Below, piece by piece: positions 28,887 through 36,978 of a DNA stretch of 64,000 nt. The notes under the pieces are model-generated. The model ran no database searches, was not told the DNA's origin, and saw nothing but the letters and a program-made list of their open reading frames with translations. The DNA is from Candidatus Bathyarchaeia archaeon (GTDB lineage Archaea; Thermoproteota; Bathyarchaeia; Bathyarchaeales; Bathycorpusculaceae), in NCBI GenBank assembly GCA_050010755.1, contig JBEKKK010000002.1, positions 64,001 through 128,000 on the forward strand, read 5' to 3'. A program made the translations under genes and the position numbers. Within the stretch, counting starts at the first letter, position 1, and each line of letters opens with the position of its first letter.

Positions 28887-30884
28887 ATGATCGCGGACCA
28901 GTTGTTAGGAGCCTTATTCTGGGCGGTCCCATTGGCCTTCACGTTAGCTCTTTCTGTGTTTCTCATTTATCGGGCGCGCAAGGATAAAGACAAACGCAAG
29001 CAGAACCCACAGAAAAAAGCCTTGGAGGACCTTGAAGCATCCGAAGAGAGATACAGAAACCTCTGTGAAAACGCTCGAGTCGGCATACTTAGAATGGATC
29101 GGAAGGGAACCGTCACCTACGCGAACAGGCTCATAAACGAGTACGGACTGAACAGAGAGGATATCATTGGAAAAAACATGCTCAGATTCATACCCATGAA
29201 AAACCGGCCGAAGATGTTCATGGAACACATTAGCGTTGTCCGCGGAAACAACGCTGAGGGCGAAACAGAAATCATAACGCCCAAGGGGAAACGCATCATA
29301 GAATACGTAAGCAACCCTGTGAGGCATGACGGAAAGATAATCGGCTGCGAAACGGTAATGCAAGACGTCACCGATAAGAAGGAGATGAAAAAGAAGCTTG
29401 AAGAATACGCGGCACGCCTAGAGACGATGGTGGAAGCGAGAACCGTTGAACTGAAAAAAAGCGAGGAAAAGCTCGGCCTCATGGTTGTCCAACAAGCATC
29501 GTTGATGCGAAGTTCAGCGGAAATGATTCGTTCAAGCGATATGCGTCAACGTCTTCAAGCCATTGTGGATGCGATTCAGGGTCTAGGTTGGCGAAGAGTC
29601 ATACTCTCAGTGAGAGATGAGGAACTAGACCTTTCAGAACCTCAGAATCTAGTGACAGCCGGATTAACAGAGAAGGAACAAGAGTTCATTTGGACCAACC
29701 GGCAATCGGGTAAGATTTGGCGAGAACGTTTTGGACCCGAATTTGAGCGTTTCAAACTCGGAGAATTCTACTACCTACCCTACAGCGATCCTATGGTCAG
29801 AGAGAAGTTCCGCAGAGGAGTCGTGTTCAGCCACCTTAACCCCAAAGAGATGGTCGATTGGAACCCTGATGACCTGCTCTACGCACCGCTTCGTCTCGCA
29901 GACGGGCGCATCGTCGCAGTGTTAAGCATTGACGACCCAAACGACGGAAGAAGACCCACCAAGGACACTTTGAAACCATTAGAGCTGTTTCTGCATCAGG
30001 CTGCTGTCGCGATTGAAAATGCTCAGTTGATCAAACAGTTGAATGAGGCTAACGCCCAGATCCAACAATACGCAGGGCAACTTGAGGAAAGAGTGAAAGA
30101 AAGAACGCAGGAATTGGTTGACGCCCAGAAAAAACTGTTGCAATCTGAGAGACTGGCCGCGATTGGTCAAATTGCGGCAATGGTCGGACACGACCTGCGC
30201 AGTCCCTTGGCCGGCATCAGGAACGCGGCTTACATCATCAAAACACGAGCAGGCCCCAAGTTGGATGAAAAAGAGAAACAAATGCTTGAAACAATAGATG
30301 ACAACGTAACCCACTCGAACAACATCACAAACGACCTGCTAGATTTTTCGAGAGAGATCAAACTCGAAAAACAACTGATAAACCTGAAAGCAGTGGTTCA
30401 ACACTCATTGATGGCTGCCGGCATACCTACGAACATTGACGTGAAAGATCTGATACCCGACAGTATCATAATAGAAGCCGCAGCGGACAAAATGGAAAGA
30501 GTTTTCACGAACATCATCAAGAACGCCGCAGAATCAATGCCAAACGGTGGCCTCTTGACGATAGCCTCAAACACTGGCGGGGAAAATTTGTCCGTCAATT
30601 TTACGGACACTGGAGTCGGAATGCCAGATGAAACCTTGCAGAAGCTCTGGACACCCCTCTTCACAACCAAGCCAAGAGGAATTGGACTTGGACTTGTTAT
30701 TTGCAAGAGATTCATCGAAGCCCACGGTGGCACAATAACCGTTACTAGCACATTAGACAAAGGAACAACCTTCACGATAACCCTGCCTAAGATCCAAGAC
30801 GACAAGAAGCAGGAAGCAGTTCAGGTGGCTATTGTGCCCGCCACTGAGACACCACAGGTAGTCAGTGAAATCCGGAGTGCTTGA
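28887..30884 (+). CDS. PAS-GAF sensor histidine kinase
   Basis: N-terminal TM, PAS, GAF (QAAVAIENA), H-box GHDLRSPL, N-box, DTGVG, GIGLGL. Confidence 0.92.
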   Translation: MIADQLLGALFWAVPLAFTLALSVFLIYRARKDKDKRKQNPQKKALEDLEASEERYRNLCENARVGILRMDRKGTVTYANRLINEYGLNREDIIGKNMLRFIPMKNRPKMFMEHISVVRGNNAEGETEIITPKGKRIIEYVSNPVRHDGKIIGCETVMQDVTDKKEMKKKLEEYAARLETMVEARTVELKKSEEKLGLMVVQQASLMRSSAEMIRSSDMRQRLQAIVDAIQGLGWRRVILSVRDEELDLSEPQNLVTAGLTEKEQEFIWTNRQSGKIWRERFGPEFERFKLGEFYYLPYSDPMVREKFRRGVVFSHLNPKEMVDWNPDDLLYAPLRLADGRIVAVLSIDDPNDGRRPTKDTLKPLELFLHQAAVAIENAQLIKQLNEANAQIQQYAGQLEERVKERTQELVDAQKKLLQSERLAAIGQIAAMVGHDLRSPLAGIRNAAYIIKTRAGPKLDEKEKQMLETIDDNVTHSNNITNDLLDFSREIKLEKQLINLKAVVQHSLMAAGIPTNIDVKDLIPDSIIIEAAADKMERVFTNIIKNAAESMPNGGLLTIASNTGGENLSVNFTDTGVGMPDETLQKLWTPLFTTKPRGIGLGLVICKRFIEAHGGTITVTSTLDKGTTFTITLPKIQDDKKQEAVQVAIVPATETPQVVSEIRSA

Positions 30885-30984
30885 CGGGAATGAGAATAGC
30901 CTATGCTCCTTCTTTGGTGCACGGCGCGCTAGAATATTTCGACAGCTTCAGTCAATTATCCATAATGCGTTGGGCGGTGGCATC

Positions 30985-32745
30985 GTGAAGATACGTGCAA
31001 AGACAGCTCTCATCATATCAGCCGTGTGCTTATGCACAATAATTGGCGTGTTTCTGTTGTCGCAGACGGTGCTGACCAGCGGCTTTGTGAGTCTGGAAGA
31101 AACGACAACTAGTCAAGAAATGGAAAAAGTGGTGAGTTCATTCAATGACACCTTCAACAGTCTGATCCTGTTTGCCAGCGACTATGCACAATGGAATGAC
31201 ACTTACGCATTCATAGAAAACAACAACACCGCATACATCCAGGACAACCTAGTAGACTCCACCTTCCAATACTCAAACGTGGACTTCATGATATACATAA
31301 ACCAAACAGGAGGAATTGTGTATGCAAAAGCCTACAACCAATCGGCTGAATGCGATATCCCAATTTCCCAAGAACTGATGCACACGATATCAAACAACGA
31401 GGAACTCTGGCATTTTGACACCTCAACTGAGAATGTTGCAGGGATATTGACTCTGTCGAATACCACAGTGATGATTTCTTCAGAGCCAATATTGACAAGC
31501 GAGGCCAATGGTCCTGTCCGAGGAGCAGTGATCATCGGCAAATACCTGGACCAAGCAAGAATCATCGCCCTGTCCGGAGAGACTCATCTGCCATTAGCTC
31601 TGTACAGAACTGACGATCCGTATCTCCCAGACGACTTCCGAGTGGCCAACTCAACATTATCCATTGAAAACCCTCTCTTTGCAAGAGCTCTGAATGGCAC
31701 AGTAATCGGTGGTTATGCTTTGATAACAGACGTATTCTCGAACCCGGCCATCATTGTCAGGGCCGAGATGCCCAGAACCCTTCTTGCTCAAGGCCAAACA
31801 ACCATCAACTACTTCCTATTGCTGCTCATCGCTGGCCTAGTGATAGTATTCGCCACCATCATGATTCTCCTTGAAAAAGGTGTACTGTACCGCCTGACCA
31901 AGCTGAATGGCGAAATTGGCTCATTAGGCGAGTCCAGCGACCTGTCCAAACGCGTCCAAGTCAAAGGTGATGACGAGATAACATCCCTAGCTCAAAGCCT
32001 GAACGCCATGTTGGAAAGAATCGAAAACACGACTACGAAACTCACGAGAGCAGAGAGATTCTCCACGATAGGAGAACTGGCGACGACGGTTGGAAACGAC
32101 CTTCGCAACCCACTGCAGGGAATCCGTAACGCTACCTATTCTCTGAGAAAAGGCACCCAGCAAGTCGAACAAAGCAGACGCATGCTCGATGAGATTGAAA
32201 AAAGCATAACCTACTCGGATAACATAGTGAGAAACCTAGTCGAATACTCGCAGGAGCTTCGACCAGAACTCACAAAAACCACTCCAAAAACGATTGCCAC
32301 GAAAGCCCTACATTCCATTGAAATCCCAAACAGCATCCACCTAGTCGACAGGACAGAAGATGATGAAACAACAATAATCGCAGACTCAAATCTACTCTCC
32401 AGAGCCTTGGCGAATCTGATTCAAAATGCAGTTGAAGCAATGCCCAAGGGCGGAAACTTGACCGTAGAGAGCACACCTTTGAACGACAAAATGGAATTCA
32501 ACGTCATAGACACGGGCTGCGGATTCCCCGAAGAATTCAAGAACAAAATCGGAAACCCCTTAGTCACAAGAAAAGCAAGAGGCATGGGATTCGGACTAGC
32601 AATCACCAAACGCATACTGGAAGCACACGGCGGCAGTTTACAAGCGGAAAGCACAGCAGGAAAAGGCTCAACCTTCAAAATCGTCCTCCCCTTAACGGAG
32701 GAAAATGCCACAATTACACAAAACAACCACTACCATCTGCACTAA
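30985..32745 (+). CDS. CHASE4-HAMP histidine kinase-like protein lacking the phosphoacceptor His
   Basis: DYAQWNDTY CHASE4, DDEITSLA HAMP, H-box reads GNDLRNPL, HATPase boxes present; start moved to GTG 30985. Confidence 0.85.
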   Translation: MKIRAKTALIISAVCLCTIIGVFLLSQTVLTSGFVSLEETTTSQEMEKVVSSFNDTFNSLILFASDYAQWNDTYAFIENNNTAYIQDNLVDSTFQYSNVDFMIYINQTGGIVYAKAYNQSAECDIPISQELMHTISNNEELWHFDTSTENVAGILTLSNTTVMISSEPILTSEANGPVRGAVIIGKYLDQARIIALSGETHLPLALYRTDDPYLPDDFRVANSTLSIENPLFARALNGTVIGGYALITDVFSNPAIIVRAEMPRTLLAQGQTTINYFLLLLIAGLVIVFATIMILLEKGVLYRLTKLNGEIGSLGESSDLSKRVQVKGDDEITSLAQSLNAMLERIENTTTKLTRAERFSTIGELATTVGNDLRNPLQGIRNATYSLRKGTQQVEQSRRMLDEIEKSITYSDNIVRNLVEYSQELRPELTKTTPKTIATKALHSIEIPNSIHLVDRTEDDETTIIADSNLLSRALANLIQNAVEAMPKGGNLTVESTPLNDKMEFNVIDTGCGFPEEFKNKIGNPLVTRKARGMGFGLAITKRILEAHGGSLQAESTAGKGSTFKIVLPLTEENATITQNNHYHLH

Positions 32746-32903
32746 GTGTAGAAACTCCACAGCAAAAGGCAACCGCGCGCAAAAACGAACGGAGATAATG
32801 CTCCCGCTATTTCAATCAGACAAATTCAATTCATAACGTTGGGAGTTGGCCGAATGCGGGGGTTAAGAATTGAGCACGTGTTTACCGGTAAAACTGCAGG
32901 CAC

Positions 32904-33380
32904 TTAATGGTGCGCTAGAGGATACCCGTGTTGGAGATAGTGATTGATGGCTTCTTTCCAATGTGTCATCATTTCACAATAGTAATCTTCTGAGAAAGAG
33001 TCAAGGTATTGATTTCCTTTCTCCGAAAGAGACGTGACAGTGTAGGTCACGCGAGCCTTGGTGTGACTCGTACCATAAGGTTCACATTTGACTTCAATAA
33101 TGGTGACTTTGAAACCCGGAGTAACCGTGGTATAGGTTAGACTTGGGTTGTTCCGGTCGAATGTTGAAATAACCCAAATTGTTTCCTTTCCGTCCATGCC
33201 TCTGGTCTCAAACACCGTGCCCTGACGAATACCTGACGGAGGGAAAATAATCGAGGGATTCCAATCCTCAGACCACTTCTTCTCACCTATCGGATCAAAC
33301 AGCCCAAAAACATCAACAATTCCACCGTTTAAGGAAAGCACATGACTTCGAGTAACTTGTCGAGCCACAAAATCATTCAT
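32904..33380 (-). CDS. SRPBCC-like hypothetical protein
   Basis: VFGLFDPIGEKKWSEDWNP, VTYTVTSLSEKGN, WKEAINHYL. Confidence 0.7.
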   Translation of the reverse strand: MNDFVARQVTRSHVLSLNGGIVDVFGLFDPIGEKKWSEDWNPSIIFPPSGIRQGTVFETRGMDGKETIWVISTFDRNNPSLTYTTVTPGFKVTIIEVKCEPYGTSHTKARVTYTVTSLSEKGNQYLDSFSEDYYCEMMTHWKEAINHYLQHGYPLAHH

Positions 33381-33745
33381 AAAGAACCCCAATTACGTCT
33401 GATCGCGCACCCCTTAAGTTTTTTCCCGCAGACACCGTAAACTCACTTGTCATGATTCCTTAAAATTTCTAGGACTGTTTTCAGTTTGATTTCCGATCCT
33501 TCCTTGTCCTGGGCTCATGCTACTTCTTCATCGGCTCCACTGCCAAAACTGAACGCTGCCACACCTCATTTCTTCTTTCCCATTCGGTGAAGGTGGACTT
33601 GTTTTTATTAATGTCGAGCCGGACGCGCCAGATTCTGAGCGCGCGTGTGTTTCTCTATCTTCTCTTCTGTTTTTTTCCGCCGCGGGCCCTTCTCGTTTGA
33701 TGCCCTTTCTGTCTGTCGATTGCTTTCCCCATGGGTTTACCTCTC

Positions 33746-34027
33746 TTACTCGTCTCGGTCACCCCCGCCAGCATGGCATACGACCGTTAATTCTGTTCCT
33801 TTCGAATGTTTCTCCATCCAGCCCAGCGCATAGGCTTCTGCCTTCGATGCGGTCGCATATGCTGGTGAGATGGTTTCTCCTTTATCATCAATTCTTACCG
33901 GGGGGAACAGCAGCACAACATAGGTGGAGCTGAACTCTTTCTTTGAGACGACCAGATTCTGCCCTGTGGTCTCATTCAAGAATCCACGCTGCCGATCCAT
34001 TTTTCTCCAGCCCCTCATTATCTTCAA
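33746..34027 (-). CDS. small hypothetical protein
   Basis: 93-aa ORF starting 4 bp after the OB-fold gene on the same strand; true start may be the internal MDRQ. Confidence 0.5.
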   Translation of the reverse strand: MKIMRGWRKMDRQRGFLNETTGQNLVVSKKEFSSTYVVLLFPPVRIDDKGETISPAYATASKAEAYALGWMEKHSKGTELTVVCHAGGGDRDE

Positions 34028-34031
34028 AAGA

Positions 34032-34715
34032 TTATCCCTCCAAAGCTCCTCTCGGTCTGTTCGACTCTGAGACGATGATGGCTTTCTCTTCGCAGCTTGG
34101 CTCAGTGATGTTGCTTATATTGCTGACCGAGCCGGTTCTTCCAATATTTAATTGTCTTTGGCCTTTGAACGTGGAAGTCCGTGCATTCTGTATCTGAATG
34201 TCGTCTCCGACGGAAATACAGCGTATCTGCTCGTTCCACAGGCACAGTTTGATTGTTCCGGTCTCATCTGCTATCAAAGCGTTTGCTACGCTCGCGGAGT
34301 TTCCGTACCGCGTGCAAACCACGTTAGTCTTTGAAATCTCCAAAACCCTGGCCTTCAAATGAATTCGTGTCATGCCGCTCTGCAAATCTCCGATTGCAAA
34401 ATCCAATGAGCGTCTAGCCTTCTTGGCCAAGTATCTGCATATGCTGTCAGTCTGCATATAGTCTCTGATAGGGTGGCCCTTCTCCAGCAGGAATTCTTTG
34501 GTTATTGAAAACTGTGCCACGACTTTGGAATTCGCAAGAATCATAAACATGACCGTATCGTGTGTTTCACCCCGACGCTCAATCGAAAGCTCTCCGCAAG
34601 TAGACTTCTTCCTTTCTCCTGCCAGGTTAAACGCGTTGAAGAACTCATCCGGGTCGACCTCGTATTTCGCCGAAAGAAAAGCGAGATACTCGCTAGTTGA
34701 AGTTTTCTTTTTCAA
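34032..34715 (-). CDS. OB-fold nucleic-acid-binding protein (SSB/RPA-like C-terminal domain)
   Basis: VANALIADETGTIKLCLWNEQ..GDDIQIQNA..FKGQRQLNIGRTG. Confidence 0.85.
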   Translation of the reverse strand: MKKKTSTSEYLAFLSAKYEVDPDEFFNAFNLAGERKKSTCGELSIERRGETHDTVMFMILANSKVVAQFSITKEFLLEKGHPIRDYMQTDSICRYLAKKARRSLDFAIGDLQSGMTRIHLKARVLEISKTNVVCTRYGNSASVANALIADETGTIKLCLWNEQIRCISVGDDIQIQNARTSTFKGQRQLNIGRTGSVSNISNITEPSCEEKAIIVSESNRPRGALEG

Positions 34716-34789
34716 ACTTTTTCACCATTTTTTCCAAATTTTACATATTTAGGGAAATGCGAACTAATTTCGAAAGCTTCCTGGGTCAG

Positions 34790-35095
34790 CTACATCGTGA
34801 GGTAACCTTTGAGTCTCAACTGTTCAGTCTGATTCTTTCTGTATCGCCAAAATATATCGCCTCGCGTGTCAGATTGGAAATCCCAGGGTGACACTAACAC
34901 GATATCTCCATCTCGGATCCATACACGCCTCTTCAGTTTGCCTCGGACCCTGCACAATCGATCCTTACCATCCTGGCACTTGACCATGATCCGGTCAAAA
35001 CCAAGCATTTTGACTGCCATTCCAAGAACATCATCCTTGCCCGGATACAGCATGTTTTCCAAGTTTTCTTCGTTTATCACTTTTCTCTTACCCAC
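34790..35095 (-). CDS. eif1a: translation initiation factor aIF-1A
   Basis: RLCRVRGKLKRRVWIRDGDIVLVSPWDFQSDTRGDIFWRY. Confidence 0.95.
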   Translation of the reverse strand: MGKRKVINEENLENMLYPGKDDVLGMAVKMLGFDRIMVKCQDGKDRLCRVRGKLKRRVWIRDGDIVLVSPWDFQSDTRGDIFWRYRKNQTEQLRLKGYLTM

Positions 35096-35366
35096 TCTTG
35101 CACCTCCAAAACCATGATAACATGGCTGATTAATGGTTTTGACTAGTCAGAACGATCAGAGAAAAAGCACACTGCGTTGCTGAACTCTTCCTCTAGAGAA
35201 TCCTAACTATTAAAAGATGTGTAACCAAGTATATAGGTGTATGTGAGTGAAGATTCAGGAACGCGACGTATGACTCAACACCGCGCTCATGCCAAGGACT
35301 GTTTTAAGTCCTCTGGCCTTTATTGCTGACGCGATCAGAATTATTCTTCGCATCAGAGTGTCGCAT

Positions 35367-35606
35367 TTACAGTTTGTAGACGTTCACGGGTTCCTGCTCT
35401 TTTCTTCCCTTCCAATCGTCTCCTCGCCGTGCCCATGCCTGTTTCGTATCGAAACTGAAATCCAAGCTCTTGGTTTCTGATCGATTGAGATTGTGCTTCG
35501 AGAAGCAGGTCCTGCAGTAAACTGGTTTGCCTTGTGTAGGCTTAAACGGTACAGTTGTGGCTTTGCCGCATTCTGTACATACGGTTTCGAACATTTTTCT
35601 TTCCAA
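35367..35606 (-). CDS. CxxC-x17-CxxC zinc-finger protein
   Basis: CTECGKATTVPFKPTQGKPVYCRTCF. Confidence 0.9.
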   Translation of the reverse strand: MERKMFETVCTECGKATTVPFKPTQGKPVYCRTCFSKHNLNRSETKSLDFSFDTKQAWARRGDDWKGRKEQEPVNVYKL

Positions 35607-35687
35607 GGTTCAAATCACCTCTATTGTGTTAATGTATTTTGAAATGAAAGGGATGAAAACGATGCTAAGCAAATTTCTTGATTTAAC

Positions 35688-35828
35688 TTAGAATCCTCTT
35701 CTTGGCGGTCCACGTTTCGAATAGCACTCTCGACAGTAAACAGGTCTGCTTGGGTCAGGTTTGAAAGGTACTTCACAATCTTTTCCACAATCAGCACAGA
35801 CTGCCTTATGCATTTCTTTCTCGTACAA
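35688..35828 (-). CDS. CxxC-x17-CxxC zinc-finger protein (46 aa, not in ORF track)
   Basis: Manual translation MYEKEMHKAVCADCGKDCEVPFKPDPSRPVYCRECYSKRGPPRRGF; GGAG site upstream. Confidence 0.9.
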   Translation of the reverse strand: MYEKEMHKAVCADCGKDCEVPFKPDPSRPVYCRECYSKRGPPRRGF

Positions 35829-36160
35829 TGACTATTTCAACTCCTATAATGCTGCTGTGCAAAAAGTGCGCTCTAATCTCTTCTTACACGCTGCATTAGA
35901 GTTGGCGCCGAGGCTTATAAATAGAGCACTCTCAAACTGAGAAGCAGCACATGTCTAAGAGCAAGATTTCAGCGCCCCACAGTGCATCAGAAGGTTTTTG
36001 CAATGGTGCAAGTTTAGGCCTCAGTCGTCTTGAACTTGTGGGATTTGCTGTCTTACCCTTATAAGGTCCGCTAGCAGTATATACAAAAGGGAAGGCACGC
36101 CTTCGGGTCACTGCAATTCTTTGCTTTTGCCTAGAAATGGCTTGTTTTGCCTAAGAGGTC

Positions 36161-36466
36161 ATGAACATGTCAAGAATCAATAGATTTTCAGATGGGAATC
36201 GTTCCAAATTGGAAATAATGGCGAAGATTTTGAGAGAGGTAAAGAAACCAACTGGAATTACGAGTATTCTGATGAGTTGCAATATGAGCTTTAAACAGTC
36301 TGGATACTACTTGGACCTTATGAAGTCAAGCGATCTCATCCAGATGAATTCAACTGATGGGAGAGCGAGATACCGCACGACGGAAACTGGGCAAGAGTTT
36401 CTGGAGGCTTATGACAAGATGATTCTCATGTTAGAGCCCAGCGTTTTCGAACACGTCCTGATGTGA
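36161..36466 (+). CDS. archaeal winged helix-turn-helix regulator (HTH_45-like)
   Basis: RSKLEIMAKIL, CNMSFKQ, YRTTETGQEFL. Confidence 0.85.
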   Translation: MNMSRINRFSDGNRSKLEIMAKILREVKKPTGITSILMSCNMSFKQSGYYLDLMKSSDLIQMNSTDGRARYRTTETGQEFLEAYDKMILMLEPSVFEHVLM

Positions 36467-36499
36467 CAAGCAGCATATGCAGGAGAAACAAGCCGGAAG

Positions 36500-36745
36500 T
36501 TGGTCATTATGATGGCAGAAAACAAATTCTCCGCAGCAGAGTTTGATGATGCAGACGAGCCAAGGGAGTCCGATTGCATCATACCCGCAGAAAATTGGGA
36601 TACGATGCTCTGGAGAGAAGCATGTTTCGAAGGCAGGAAAAGAAGGCCGCAAGACAGATGGAGAAAGAAACACAGTAGAGGAAAGCGAAAACCTCGAGAA
36701 CTTTTCTTCTTGAAAGGTTCACAAGTAAGAGGTTGCTGCGCATAG
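36500..36745 (+). CDS. small hypothetical protein, acidic N-half and basic C-half
   Basis: ORF downstream of the wHTH gene on the same strand. Confidence 0.5.
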   Translation: MVIMMAENKFSAAEFDDADEPRESDCIIPAENWDTMLWREACFEGRKRRPQDRWRKKHSRGKRKPRELFFLKGSQVRGCCA

Positions 36746-36792
36746 ATTATAATATCTGTTCACCATTGATATGCACAAGAGGATGATTTGGT

Positions 36793-36933
36793 ATGAAAAG
36801 GGCAAACAAGAAGCAGGCAAGAACGAAACGGTTCATTAGAAGAATGAAAAGTCATGCAAAATGGAAGCATGGAAGAAGCAACGCGGAAAAAATCAGAAGG
36901 AAAGAAGCCGTACTCAACCTGAAGACCCAGTAA
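36793..36933 (+). CDS. small very basic protein (46 aa)
   Basis: Manual translation MKRANKKQARTKRFIRRMKSHAKWKHGRSNAEKIRRKEAVLNLKTQ; GAGGATG site upstream. Confidence 0.55.
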   Translation: MKRANKKQARTKRFIRRMKSHAKWKHGRSNAEKIRRKEAVLNLKTQ

Positions 36934-36978
36934 CCCCTGTTTATTTTTCGTAGGCTAGCGCGCGCCACTGCAGCAAGC

